A DNA stretch of 63,512 nt, counting the filler, from Choristocarpus tenellus KU-1152 (Eukaryota > Protista > Phaeophyceae), in NCBI GenBank assembly GCA_964200185.2. It is 12 parts of 12 records of this genome, joined end to end, with 100 filler letters (N's around TTAATTAATTAA, not from the genome) between each part and the next. Parts side by side here need not be neighbours in the genome. Positions count along the whole stretch, not along the records: positions 32,913 to 44,478 come from CAXNAD020002248.1; positions 44,579 to 51,720 come from CAXNAD020006623.1; positions 51,821 to 55,255 come from CAXNAD020020047.1; 9 more parts are not named here. One strand, given 5' to 3'. The translations under genes were made by a program, and so were the position numbers. Shown in pieces: positions 40,844 through 54,053 of this stretch (position 1 is its first letter; each line of letters begins with the position of its first letter). Under the pieces are notes generated by a model. It searched no databases. It was not told the origin of the DNA and saw only the letters and a program-made list of their open reading frames with translations.

Positions 40844-43722
40844 TCAAATAACTCCTGGCACAAACATGTGAGGAACTTTCTGCTTGTAAGTGATCCAGTC
40901 AGCACCGTACTTCTGTTCACATGCATGATCATCACGCAAGGCACGATGCACTAAGAGCACTCCAAAATATACACAATAGAAGTAGGGGATAACTGAAGAA
41001 AATCCTGTGATAAGGCACCAGCTGAGACCCATGATCCAGTCACCACTGTAATTAATTTTGCGAGCTGCCCCCCACCACCCTGATGTTAAGAGCTTAGTAC
41101 CCCGCTTTGTTGGCATCCATTCCAGATGGGCAACACTTGCAGCATGTGGGTCCCTGCGAAAGTTGTCTTTTTGAGCATTAGCACCCCTGTTATCAAGAGT
41201 TATCAAGAGGAAAGGGAGAAGTATTGATGAACTTCTGAATCTTGCAAATAGTCAACAATTAATGGTGCATCCACTTCTGTTCTGGTGTGACTGTCATGTG
41301 CATGTCAATCTTTTGAATTTCAAGTATCAACATCTTGACTACCTTTACTACTTACTCACAATTGCAACCAACAAATACCCAGGTCTTGTTCAGTGAACTA
41401 GAAGTATGAAAGAAACTGCAACACCGACAATGTTGTGGTGATAAAAACTGTAGCCCATAGCATCTCTGACTATTTTACTGGTAAATGCACACAACAGTGA
41501 GACGTGTTGTAACTATATTGACAAAAATATGGAATTGTTGCAACATATATCTGACACACCCACACTCAACCTGTATCTTTATCCCTTTGCATTAACAGAT
41601 TTATGTTAACAGATTCAAGTCATGAAGTGAAAAGGAAACAATGGAGAGGGTCGCTGAACTAGTATGAATGAAGTCGGAAAACATAGCAAGGAAGTTATTA
41701 ATTTTTCAACGAAGTGTTTCAAGTTGTAAACCTCACCTAAACACAACATACCCCAGCATGTTGAGACAGAAGATACTTGCGATGACCCAGGTTGAGAGCC
41801 CAGGGTCGTGATCTACCAAGTACCTGGCCTGCAAAGAGTACACAAAAGGTACCCAAGACAGATCTCCAAATGCAAGCATGAAGCCAAAACCATCTGTGGT
41901 AATATCCATAGTTGACAAAATGGAACGCTCATGGAAGAGGGAATCCCAGACATAGAGGAGGTGGAATAAGTTTATTCCTATCATAGAGGCTGTTACATAC
42001 CCTTGATTCTCATACTGCTTGCATGCCATGCCCAAGTTCAGGACAACCCATCCAATGAGCCCAGGGCGAAGCTCACAAAAGCATTTCAGGTCAAGGGACC
42101 TTATTCTTGGATTGAGTTCTCGACCCTTGAAAAAGTCATACACAGTACTGTGCCCCATATCTTCACTAGTCACCAGCTTTGCTTCAGAGTGATAGGAAGA
42201 CAGAAAGAGGTACAAGCTCAGGACATATGAAATCATTATGGTGGCAACAGCCAGTTCTGCGTAATTGTCATATAGCCAAGATAGTGGGAGGGGTCCAAGT
42301 CCACAGAAGTAACCTGCCTCGTTGAATCTTGGGACACAGTGACCCCTGCCATTTCATTAGATGCAGCAAGTCAAGGATTGGTATCATACAGGATCAAGTT
42401 AAAACCCTAATGTACACATACTGCAGAGCTAGATCATCTACCTATTGCTATGGTATATATGTGCAATGAGAAGGTGCTGCTGGATGCTAAAATAAACACT
42501 ACAGAGTTGACTGCTGGTAAAATTTTAAAAAATCCTACAACGTAATGTGTTATGCAAAGACCTCTCCTCTCCATTTACTGATCGTTGGTCAACATAGACA
42601 GCCTGTCAAGATCGCCAACTCCTCTGCTCCAAGAGATTGTAGGACATGCAAGGTTAGGGTAGCGAAGAGCTTGTTGAGCAAACAGATCGGACAACAACTT
42701 TGCCAAAGGCAACCAAACACACATATCCCAATCAGCTCACAGACAAAAATATGAGTCCGACAAAACTTGTGTTTGTGGTACTTACTGAACATGAAACACC
42801 GTAATGCCACAAAAAATTCAAGATAATATATAATTTGAAAGGAGGGAGTTGGCAGGCCTTACATGGCAAGGAGAGACACCCAGAATGCCATGTGGCCGTT
42901 CATCTTGTATTTGAGGCGCGAGCCATCCTTCAGCACAACACCATCGACTGTCTGCAGATGTTTAGCAGCGTGGGATACAGTTGTTTTCGGTTGCTACACC
43001 AGCAAAGCATAGTAACCATGCCATGTTCAAACATTTCGTGTCCAGCGTAGCGCAGAACTACGTACGGCCCACAAGCCCCCACCTACACACAACACGATAA
43101 ATTCCGGAGTGGGAATAGATGACAGGCAAGGGGAACTCAAACGAGACGAGATCGCTCAGATTATTTGTTGCTAACACGAACCCACTGGACAGGCGAGCCC
43201 AGTCAAACGACATGAAGTCGAAGGAACACAAAGACATGACTCATATCTCACCTCGCCAGGGAGCAATCTGTCCAACACCACTTGGAAGAGCAACCACATC
43301 AAACATACACCAAAAGCCGTCGAATTAAATAGGTCTCCAGCACTACCAGGAAGTCCCTCCAAAGCATCGGCAATGGTGTTGACTTGGAATCCCCACAGAC
43401 AGTACTCTTTTCTGAATATGGGAACAACGAAGTGAACGAGAATAAGCTTTTGAACCAGAGAGAAGACCCAAATAGTCTTCGCAAGGCCTAGACTAGGAAA
43501 CCCCCACCTGCACAAAAAGAACAGCGCCAGGACCAGAGGGGGAAGGGTGACCATGATTAGTCCAGTGCCAAGAGGCCCACCAAATTCGAAGGGTGGATTG
43601 TTGACCGATCGATGAGGGGCAAGAAGATCATTTTTCGTCCTACTGGCCGAATCACCGTCCATTCCCCTCTCCGTCAGTTGGACTGGGGGAGCATCTCCCC
43701 TGTATCTTAGACCGTCCTTCAT
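40844..43722 (-). CDS. ERG24: Sterol C14-reductase (ERG24/FACKEL/TM7SF2 type), complete, 5 exons
   Basis: Exons 43722-43508, 43411-43252, 42951-42863, 42345-41737 and 41186-40844. Motifs EFGGPLG, YDFFKGRELNPR, DLKCFCELRPGLIGW, MDITTDGFGFMLAFGDLSWVPFVYSLQARYL, SGWWGAARKINY and HRALRDDHACEQKYG. The start could instead be 43662. Confidence 0.93.
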
Positions 43723-43880
43723 TCTCTCTTCTCACGTTGTGAGATGTTAAGAATACAAGACATCAAAAAAAAAGATCAGTGAGTTGATAGTTATCCTTCT
43801 TAAGTACATGTTCGTTGGGATAAAAAGTTGCTGTTAAAAGTTGCGGAAAATATTGTCAACGATAAGTTGTGGTCTATAGT

Positions 43881-44213
43881 CTTACCCCTATGAAGATTGT
43901 TGGTTCGAACCTCTTCAACTCTTGAGTTTTTCTGCTGGATGTTGAGATCGCACACCATGTTCCATCCAATAAGATATCCTCTACACCTTTTGATGGTTAT
44001 CATTACGTCACGGGAATGCTGTGTTCCAACCCTCGTTGAAGAATGGACTTACTTACCTGTATGAAGTTTGTAGGTTCGAACCTCTTCAACTCTTGAGGTT
44101 TTCTTCTGGATATTGAGATCGCACACCATGTTCCATCTAATAAGATATCCTACATCTTTTTTTGATGGTCATCATTACGTCACGGGAATGCAGTGTTCGA
44201 ACCCTCATTGAAG
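43881..44213. repeat. Imperfect tandem duplication, period ~171 bp, upstream of the sterol reductase
   Basis: 43881-44041 aligns closely with 44052-44213 (e.g. GGTTCGAACCTCTTCAACTCTTGAG and TTGAGATCGCACACCATGTTCCATC in both). Confidence 0.88.
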
Positions 44214-44478
44214 TCAGATTTTTTTTATCAAATTCTACTTGAATGAATGACATGGCTAGTTCATTGGGGAGGTGGAAATATCTTGTCCTAAAACACAAAA
44301 AGAGACTCAGAAAATTTGAATTGCAGTGACGAAGATCCAAAGACATCTACCATTATTTGAGGGTGGAGAATATGTTACAGGCGTCCCCGAAAGCTTACCT
44401 CCACAGGACGTATAGCTCCAATCTACGGGCCTATAGATGATGTACGTATAGGACTCCTGATTATGAACAAGTCTTCAA

Positions 44479-44578
44479 NNNNNNNNNNNNNNNNNNNNNN
44501 NNNNNNNNNNNNNNNNNNNNNNTTAATTAATTAANNNNNNNNNNNNNNNNNNNNNNNNNNNNNNNNNNNNNNNNNNNN
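44479..44578. other. Artificial contig-joining spacer
   Basis: N44-TTAATTAATTAA-N44. Confidence 0.98.
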
Positions 44579-46920
44579 CGCCCCTTGCCTCCGTTAATCT
44601 CAGCTTCATAGGGCAAATCGATAAAATATGTCCCGGTACCCCCCCCCCCCCCCCATCCCAGACAGGTCTGGTGTCTTTACTCACCTCCCCCACTTCCCAC
44701 GCAGCAAGCAGCTCGCACATCACATACACCCCACCCCTCCACCCCTTCCCAGGCCACTTCAAGAGAACAAGACCTCTAAGCTCCTCTGCAAACACCTGCC
44801 AGGGTAGCCATCTTCGGTACCGTCTGGCAGTCTTTACCACTCCAGATGCCCACGACACGAGAGCTTGAGTGGCAACTGCAGTAGTCTCCCCTTTGTAAAC
44901 AGCTCTAGGGCCACCAGCGGAGTCAAAATGCTCGTGGGCGCTCAGTGGCCGATGATTGCTACTATCAACTTTTCCACCCCAACCCCTGCTCAATCCACCT
45001 CCTCTTCCCCACTCAGTAATACCTGCGATACCACCTCCACCATTACCACGACCGTAGCCACCGAGATCATTATCACTACCACCGGCACGGCTCTGGGCTG
45101 CCACTGAAGAAGCATGTAGTACTGCAGCTCTGGCAAGGGCACGTGCAGTCAAGAACACATCAGGGGTGACAGCTGCAGCATCGGTCCCAAGCCCTCCACC
45201 CACCCTCCCTCCTCTATCACCCCAGCGTGAAATCTGGTCATCATCTCTAAGTAGAGAGCGGAGGCAGAGATCCAGTCGAACTGCGGAGAGACGGTGGCTG
45301 TTTGTGGGAGTATACCAGGGTGGGGGGATGGGGGACGTTGGGGGTAGAGGGTGTTGAATGAGGTGGCAGGGGAGAAGGAGATCGAATGGGGTAGGGGGGA
45401 TTCTTGGGGAGGCATTTGTGTGTAGAGGTAGGTGGTAAGGGTGCACTCAGGGAGGAAAATTATTGACGGAAACAAGTCTCTCCTACTGAATCCAGTGTGC
45501 CTCGGAGTGGTGAATAGGGATGCCTTCAAAGTCTCGAAGGCGAGTTGAATAGAAGGAGCAGCGTTCTACTTGTCATTCGCAAAAAATATGTACCAACTAT
45601 TGGAAGTCCAGATAAAAAAAAATAGAGGGCAGGGGCAGCAGCGGCAAGAAATCATTCCTTAAAAAGATGCATATATATATAGATGTATATTTTTACCACC
45701 TCAATTTTGTGGGCATCGCGAACGAGCCACATTCATGTCATATTTATTATGCCCAAAACTGCACCGAGGTGAGATGTGACGTGTGTGTGTGTGTGTGTCA
45801 CTCTCACCTGACAAGATTCAAAAGTGTATACCTAGAATATCTTCCAGCCAAGAGCCAGTGAAACACAGTGATCAAACACGGCTCTATCAATAAACCACCT
45901 CAATGGGAAACAGAGATAGTGCACACACTCTTTTCTTACTATTTCGAATGGAGGCAATGGGTCTCTGATCACAGAATAACTACAAATGGTCTAGAAACGT
46001 AACCTCCTCACACAGTTGTTTGTTTACACACAACGATCTTGTCACAGCCAACACAAACCCAACTCCATGGTCTGCAGCCTACCAGGGGTGACCATGGAAT
46101 CGAGCACACCCGCCCCCCTGTAGCCAATCTGGAACCACAGAGACCACGGTACCACTGAGGGGCAGTCAGTCTCACAGTGGTCTGACATGGTCATACAGTG
46201 AAATACATCAAGACTTGAAACACAACACAAAACTGGGGATGGAAAAATTGGTAGTGGGGCTAAGCGAAAGGCTGTCGGTTTGCCTGGATGTAAGGCAGTA
46301 CCACAAAGACACAACCAACAGACTTTCAAGACCTCGGAGTTCTCACAACGAATGGTACCAACTTCAGACTTGAAAATAAAATAAAACTGCAAAAACATTA
46401 TTGCTGGACACAAGAACAACGTATCAGGAGTCCCCTCTGCCAAGTAATGCACACTCCCTTCTTCACCACTGACCTAAGCCTGTATGCCAAATCTACCACC
46501 CCCCGTCTCATCACCCCTATCAAACACACTCCATCATCTCCAAGCCCTCCTTACCTCGTCCTAGTTACCACACCATAGACCAATAAGATACTAACCTTGA
46601 CTCTTGCTGAGAGGCCCCTGTGCCAACCCGTTCCCCTGCAGCCTCCACCAAGTACGGTGGGGGGGAAGTCATTGCAGCTCTTGCCTCAGCCCAGCCAGGC
46701 ACCCCAAGCTCAACGAGGTGACCTAAGAGCAGGCAGGCATTTGCTCTCCTGCCCCTCAGGCCAGGTGTGAGGTAGGTTGGACCTTCTACCTCTGTTCTTC
46801 TTTCTGCTTTGTCTATAAATCCCTGTACACCTGAGCAATTGGGGGACTGACTGAGTGCCTCAAGCAGGGCACTCTGGGCAGCCCAGAGCTCCTGAGCACA
46901 ATCCCTGTGGTTTGATGGGT

Positions 46921-46991
<71 letters not shown>

Positions 46992-49900
46992 ATAGCAGTG
47001 GTATGAAACTGATTATACTTCCTTTGATACTATTGCCATCATGTCATTGTCAGGGGGGTGGACAATAAATACACAGGCGTTAAATTCCAAGAGTCAGGGT
47101 GTCCAATAGATCATGCAAAATAACTCCAAAACTCTAAACAAAAAGGGTGGGTAAGGACAGGGCTGGTGTAATGTAACGGGCATGTATTTTGTACTCCCAA
47201 GGTTTAGCAAGCTTAAGAGGCAGGCAAAGGATTCTCAGCAGATAGGATAGGACAAGGAAAAGTGGCAGAGGCAATAATTTCTTCTCTTTGGAAAGGTCTG
47301 GAAACATCATCAACAGGGACAAGTCAGGAAGTTGGCTCGTTAGACAGAAGTTAGAATACGACGGACCGATGTCCTTCTTGCTCGATAGTAAAGCACGCAC
47401 ACAAAAATATACGGAAACCCACAAATATTTACAATTCTGCGCCCCCCAAAAGAGTTTTTATTTTTTTTCGATATCAATCGCTCAATACCCACGACCCAGT
47501 ATCCCAGTATACCGTAATGGTCAAGGCAAGACAGGCACGCAACATACTGAAAATCGGGATGGTTACGGTCTCACGAGCGGACATACTACACATTTGTTCT
47601 TGTCAAGCACTCAAACCTATGTCCTAACCCCATTGGCAATTGAGAGAGAGGTATATGCTATTCCCCTGCTGTGACAGAAAAAAGCTATCTCTAATGCCCC
47701 GCCATAGGCTTCCCAGCTTCCACATGTTGTAGTTCAAAATACTCCGTGCCTGTAATGAGCTCCATCCACCATTTGCGGCAGCTTGCCACCAAAGCTAGAC
47801 ACTGTAAGAAAACTATTTGTGAGGCGTTTTTTCACAGCCATTTTTCTTTTTTTCGCAGGGACAGGCTCTTGGGTTCTGGTGCTTTATACTGGCTCCTCAC
47901 CAAAGCCAATGAGATCCGTTCTCCTTCAGTCAACAATAAAAAATACTCGTGTGCAAGTTGAGACGATGCCTTCGGGACACAGAGGTGCAACCATACATCT
48001 CTCTAACACACAACAAACTTACGCCAAGTAGCACACGCATACGTACATACTATGTATACACACACACGGAGTATATACATAGTATGTAGTGCTTCAAGAT
48101 ACTGGGTATTGACACATTAACCATATATAGGGCTCTACTCTCCGTACACCAATAAAAAAAAAACTTGATCAACAAGTACATGAAAAAAATAAAATGCACG
48201 GACATGCACAGAAGGCGTTTACTTTAAACACCCACTACGTAGCACACACCCTCTTCCCCCTGCCCCCATCCTCTCCCAAAGTCATTCCAATCCCACCCAA
48301 GACTCACCCGGATTCTGTTGATGAGGCCAATGAACGCCTAACCACCCCAGGAGACCTTTCAAACGCCTCTAGGAGAAGCCCCGCCGCAACATCCCCCTGC
48401 CCAGCCCAGCAGGGGGAATCACCTCCTGGCAACACTTCCACCTCATCTGCAGGTTCCACTACACCCTCTCCAGGAAGCATGGGTTTGAGCATTGTTGCTG
48501 CAACCAACCCTTCCCCCTCTTTCATCGACGACCCTGTAGCCACCGTCTCTTGTGCCAGGGCCTGAGGTGACCGCCACAGGGCAAGGGGAAAGAGTGCACT
48601 TTCCAATCCTGCAGCGGCTGCACTAGCTAAAGCCTGCAACACAGACGGTGGTTCGTTCTCCTGATCCAAGCTTCCAGAGTCCACACCACTCCCAGTAGCT
48701 GCACCAACATGGCCAAATTGAGATTTCCTAACAGCAAGACTGACCGCATCAGCTATTGCCTTCAGAGCAGCCTTTCCCTCGAAGGGAACCCGCTGAAGAG
48801 CCAGATGAGCAACCGTCGGCAGCCTGCCACTCCCAATCTCACTTTCACCCACTCCAGTGATTGGTAGAGCTGTGTGGGAAGCAGCACCAGATCGCAGCAG
48901 CATGTGCTCGAGCCAGGCCACAGCCTTACAGCATCAACAAGGGGGACAATAGGGGTGAGGTGAAAGGCTGGTCCAGGAAGGGGAAGGGGAGGAAGGAGAT
49001 TACAATACCAGGTTAAGGGAGGATGGTGAAGTAGACGAGGGGATCAACAGGAGGAGGCGGGCCTAGGAGGTGTTTCTCACAGGAAATTTTGGAGGTATCT
49101 CATTGCAGACCCTGAAGGGCAAGAGACCAGCCTGCTAAAAAAAAAGAGCTCGACCTGGAATCATAACTGCTGAGTTCATCAACTCTATCTTCATCGCATA
49201 TAGTAAGCTTTACCCAACTACCCTCTCCATTTCTGGGATGTATCCCACACACATAACAGCAACCTAGTGTCAAACCTCCATACTCTGAAAGTACATCAAT
49301 ACAAATGGTGCTCAGTCTTTCTTTTCTCTCAGCATCAAATCCCTCCAGCACCCAAAACATAGTCCATCCGCCCATCCGCCCATCCGCCCGCCCCTCCCCC
49401 CCCCCAATTCTCAGTCCCCTTTTACCTCAGATCGTTTTTTGTCAAAACTGTCACCTCCACCATCCCCGCTTCCTCTGCCACTGCCACCCCCTGCTACTCC
49501 CACAGTACAAGGGGTCACCAGAGCCGCAAAAAAGTCAAGAGCCAACTCTGCCCCGTCCCTCTCTCTTGGGCAGCTCATCAGCAGTCTGGATAACACATCT
49601 CCAATGCCGACAAATCCATCAGCAGCACTGAGCATTCCCACGACCAGCTGCATTGAGGTTGAGCTCAATCTCCCAGGAAGAACCATGTTCAGGGCTCTAA
49701 CAAGCGTAAGCACGGAGGAAAAAGAGTCAGCTAGGATTAGCGTTTGATAGCAAAGACACGCCTTCAGAGGGGGGTTCAAAACCTTTGTAACTCCCCCCAC
49801 CCTCACAAATCCCAGAACACACTGCAGTAGACCCTCCCAAGGACCCGAGAACTCAAAACTCCGCCAACAAGAATATGCCTCCTCCCTCCTCTTCTCCCCC

Positions 49901-51526
49901 CTCCCTCTCCTTTTACCCACTTGCCCTAACTTCAAGCACTCAAATAGAAACCGCCATGCAACCACCAAACATGGATACCTCCCCACCCTCTCATCCCTCC
50001 CATCCACGAGCTACTGCTACATCATCCAAAGACACGACAAAAACATTGCAACCCCTCCTGAACCCTCCTATATCCAGTCCTCACCCTCGCATCCTGCATG
50101 CCCTTATTGCCCCAGCAGCCGTACGGCACATGGCTCCTCCCAACGCACCACGCTCCACCCTACCCACAGCCCTAGCTCCACCCTCTGCCCATCCTCTTGT
50201 TGTCCCCTCTCTATTTTGCCCATGTGCCACCATGAGGATTGTCCACAACTCATGTGGCCCAGCTGGGACAAAAACACCACCACCCTCTTCATGTCCCCCA
50301 AAGGGCTCCAGCCCGCCCAGAGCCACTGCCCGCTCTACACAGGCACAGGCATATGCGCTAACTGGTCCGGGCCCCAACTCTGAGATAGGTGATGAAGCTC
50401 TCAAGGCCTCCCTTACCCCTAACCCCACCCTGGAAACCCCTGCGCTTGCCCATGCTGGTCCTCCTACCATTGTCACTCGGGCAACAGCCTCGGCCCACCC
50501 CAAGCCTTGTGCAACTGCCACAACAGGTAAGAGCTTATCCAAGGCTTCTCCGATCAAAAGGTAACGAAAACTGACTGTTCTATCTCTGTCACAAACAGTT
50601 CCTTGCAGAGGATGGCTCATATATTGTCTGGAACCCTCCTTCACTTGGGAAGAAGGATAACTGATTGTGTAAGCATGAGGTTTCATAGTGGCATGACCAG
50701 TCACCCTGCTCCTCTGTCCAAGCAATGCCTTCCTCTCATCAGTTATTTGCTCCCCCATACCTCCACGATCATTGCCATGGATGCCCTGCTCCACCTCCCT
50801 CAAGGCCACTATCGCTTCAGCTGTCTTCACAATGTCTGCCTCCCACTCCCCAGGTTCTGTCATTCCAGCCCAGGAGCTAGCCCCACCCCTCTCCTCCATG
50901 AGCCATGCCACCAGAGCCCAGCAACATTCGCCCAGGGCCAGGTGCGTTGCTCTATGGCGGACATAGACACCGGTAGACAGACTACCCCCCAGTGGTTGTG
51001 ACCCTAACATTGATCCCGTTCCTTGATACACTTCCGTCCCCTTCTTGATAGGCTTGGGTTCCCCCAATGTCTCCCCCATCATTTCTTCTGTGCCGTGGTT
51101 GTCCTCCTCCTCCTCAAATGATCTCATCTTCAGCTCTGTTAGTGCAAGCAACGCCTCCCCAGGTCGAACGCTCCCGGCTTCCACGAGGCACCTCAGAAAT
51201 CCAGTGGCTACTGCATGTCCCTGACACAATGCAGGGAGACTTTCTGCAGGTAGTGGGGCTCCCAGGGTTGTGGGACTTGAGCGACCACAACGGTTGAAGC
51301 AGCCTTGCGAATCGGGAGAGGCATCAAGATTGCTGCAAGAAGTGGGTTCAAACCCATCACTCATTGTTGGACTGGTCCCTGACGCCATAATAGGGCGTCG
51401 GTGTTGGCAGCACAGCAATAAACCCTCTCCTTCAGGCGTACCTGAACCTAGAAGGCACACCGACAGCACTGCATTGAGCTCCAAAGGTGATGTCCGGTGG
51501 GTGTCGTTTGAAGGTGTTGTTCTCAT
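44579..51526 (-). CDS. Large multi-exon hypothetical protein (A/L/G-rich helical segments with low-complexity linkers), partial
   Basis: Long stop-free minus-strand frames (51526-50081, ~49870-49420, ~48925-48307, ~46900-46555, ~45290-44690), several ending at GTGAG/GTAAG-type donors. No family motif recognised, and boundaries are approximate. Confidence 0.55.
46924..46989. repeat. (GT)n microsatellite
   Basis: About 33 uninterrupted units. Confidence 0.95.
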
Positions 51527-51599
51527 TCTTGTTTCCAGAGTAGCCTATTCGTGTTAATATTGGGTAAGGGAGGAAGAGGTGAAGTAGATAAGGTAGTTT

Positions 51600-51720
51600 G
51601 AACCAAAGTATCTGGGGGGGGGGGGGGGGGGGGGGGGGGGGGGCGCACGAAAAAAGGGGGGGAGGGGGGGGGGGGGGAGAGATGTGGGGGTGGGGGGGGG
51701 GTGAAAAAAAAAAAAAAAAA
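51600..51720 (+). mobile_element. MITE family B terminus running into a poly-G tract at contig end
   Basis: GAACCAAAGTATCTGGGGGG... Confidence 0.5.
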
Positions 51721-51820
51721 NNNNNNNNNNNNNNNNNNNNNNNNNNNNNNNNNNNNNNNNNNNNTTAATTAATTAANNNNNNNNNNNNNNNNNNNNNNNN
51801 NNNNNNNNNNNNNNNNNNNN
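51721..51820. other. Artificial contig-joining spacer
   Basis: N44-TTAATTAATTAA-N44. Confidence 0.98.
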
Positions 51821-51895
51821 AAAAATCCATAGGAAGCCAAGCCCCACAAATGGACAAACAGGGAAAAATTCGTACCCTCTAAGATAGTTTCACTC
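51821..51895 (-). mobile_element. MITE family A copy 7 (left terminus only, cut by contig edge)
   Basis: ..CAAATGGACAAACAGGGAAAAATTCGTACCCTCTAAGATAGTTTCACTC is the reverse complement of the family-A left end. Confidence 0.85.
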
Positions 51896-52408
51896 ATACT
51901 TCCACTCTTTGGTGATACCTATTGTTCAAGTACAGAGTTAGGGTTAGGGTTAGTCTGTATTGTGTGTCATTCACATGTTGACTTTGGTGATCCCAACTCA
52001 GAGGGGATATTTTTATCAGATCGTGCGGTTAGCTACAAACGCCTCAATACTTGAGGTTAGGAAACCTTGAGTGAATCCCATTGGTCGAAGCGATCTCATT
52101 CTGTCCCAGTGCAACGTATGGACTGTTTCTATTGGTGGAAGCGGGTGATCAGTGTCTTCCCACCTCCCTCTCATTAATTATTTTTTCACACCCACGTATC
52201 GATAGTAATATCTTCACTACTAACGCTGCTATTGACATTACTACGGGGGGGTTAAAGGTTAGGGCTACTGCTTGTTAACGTTGGCATGCATTAAACTCCG
52301 TCTCTCCTTTTTTTTTTGTGAGTGTACAACTATTGTGTGTGTGTGTGTGTGCGTATTTGTTGATGCGATTTCGTGGGGGGTGGGGCGGGTGGGGACTGCT
52401 TTTTTCAG

Positions 52409-53772
52409 GTGAAGTTTTTTACGATGTGAGAGGCTTTAACGATAAGAATAGCGAAAACCTGAGCCAAGACATAAGGGAGCTCATCGCCTCGTCAACCAAC
52501 CCGTTGGTCCAAGAGGTACTGTGTTTTGTTTGCAATGCTATCGTTGTGTAAACATTGATGACAATTTGCATTGAACAGTTGCAAATTATGGTATGCTTAA
52601 TGCTCTTCTATCCCTAGCCCTACAACCCTAACTCTAACCCTAACTCTAACCCTAACCCTTACGAAGGTGTGCTGTGGGGTGTATGCAGTCTTTACCACCC
52701 CAGTGTTTATATGTATGTATGTATGTATTATTTAAGTATTACATGCACATGCATTCCTCACTGTATTGTTTAATAATTTGTGGGTTCTGTGGCGGTAGCA
52801 TGCTGCAATAGTGCGTGGGCTGGCTGTTTTATGCATGTCTTTGTCTGGTGTGTGTTTAGTTCATGAAGCGCATGATTATTATTATTATTATTGTTATTAT
52901 TATTATCATTGTTACTATTATTATTGTTGTTGTTGTTGTTGTTATTATTATTATTATTGTTATTATTGTTGTTGTCCATCTATTGTTGTAAGCAAGGCAC
53001 AGTGTCTCTGTGATGGCAATCATGTGTCAAACTTTGAATCACGGTTGTGTGTATGTGTAATTTAGTTAATTTATTGAAGGACTAAATGTTTCTCTCTCAA
53101 GCGAACAAAGTTTGACTTAAGGTTCTAAATGTTCTAAATGTAGAATGTACGTGTAGAAGAACCATATACATCCTCGTAGAATCTAAAAGTTTTCTTCTTT
53201 TTTTCCATGTACTCTCTGTGCACTCTTTTCTTCTTCTTTTTTTAAAGCGGTTGAGGGACGAAGGGTTTTCTGTTACGTGAATTATTTATTTTTTGTCAGA
53301 TTAGCATTATTCTTTTGTTCTCTATGTTGCTTGACATGTTTTACTTCGTGACCCTGTCTTTCTGGGAATATTGACTAGAATGTGTTGAAAGCAATCAGAT
53401 CAAATCAACCACTCCATCAAGAAGAGGCTTGCATGTGTTGAAGTCATTAAAATCAAATAAACTAATCAAATCAATCGATAAAATCGACCCTACAATCAAG
53501 AAGAGGCTTGTATGTGTTGAAATCAGTAAAATTGATCAAACCAATCAGTCTATCAATTGATTCATCCCTCAAGCAATAAAACTTGCCTGCATTGATAAAA
53601 CAATACCCAATCATCACTGCAGTTCCTACTCCCTCCAAACTACTACTGCCCTATTACCACCACCAACAGGATACAAAACACACATGTGTGCACACTAGCA
53701 CTACTTACCACCAGCAAACCTTAAATATATATTTTTATCTCTATCATTCCTTTTTCTTCTTTACTTCTCTCT

Positions 53773-53805
<33 letters not shown>

Positions 53806-54053
53806 AATATATATATATTTTTGTTTTTTGTTTTTTGTTTTTCACATGAATTGAATTGAATTGAATTGAATTGAATTGATGGTGAGAAGATTTTTTCCGT
53901 TGGGGATGAAGGGGAGGTGTCTGAAGATGTTGGACCAACGGGTGGTCGAGGTCGGGGTGGAGGCGGAGGTCGTATCCGAGAGGCCAGTGTAGGGGCGCAG
54001 TTCAAGCAGAGTCTGCAAGGGCTTATTGACACCATCAATGAGACAAAACCAAG
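52409..54053 (+). CDS. Myosin heavy chain motor domain, two internal exons
   Basis: Exon 52409-52515 (GEVFYDVRGFNDKNSENLSQDIRELIASSTNPLVQE) matches the segment after HYA. Exon 53890-54053 (IF..loop 2..SVGAQFKQSLQGLIDTINETKP) matches the segment before YVRCIKPN. The phases are compatible. Confidence 0.9.
52876..52975. repeat. (TTA/TTG)n trinucleotide tract in myosin intron
   Basis: Directly visible. Source of the spurious poly-N and poly-Y/C ORFs. Confidence 0.9.

Noticed and set aside
44048-44062. ACTTACCTG resembling the U1 snRNA 5' end (also the reverse complement near 37197-37206)
   Set aside because: No U1 stem-loops or Sm site follow. It is simply the complement of a splice-donor consensus.
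52612-52660. Telomere-like (CCCTAA)n runs, also at ~12828-12846 and ~51937-51953
   Set aside because: Short, degenerate, internal/intronic runs, not chromosome ends.
52770-53065. Poly-Asn and poly-Tyr/Cys ORFs
   Set aside because: Translations of a trinucleotide tract in the myosin intron.
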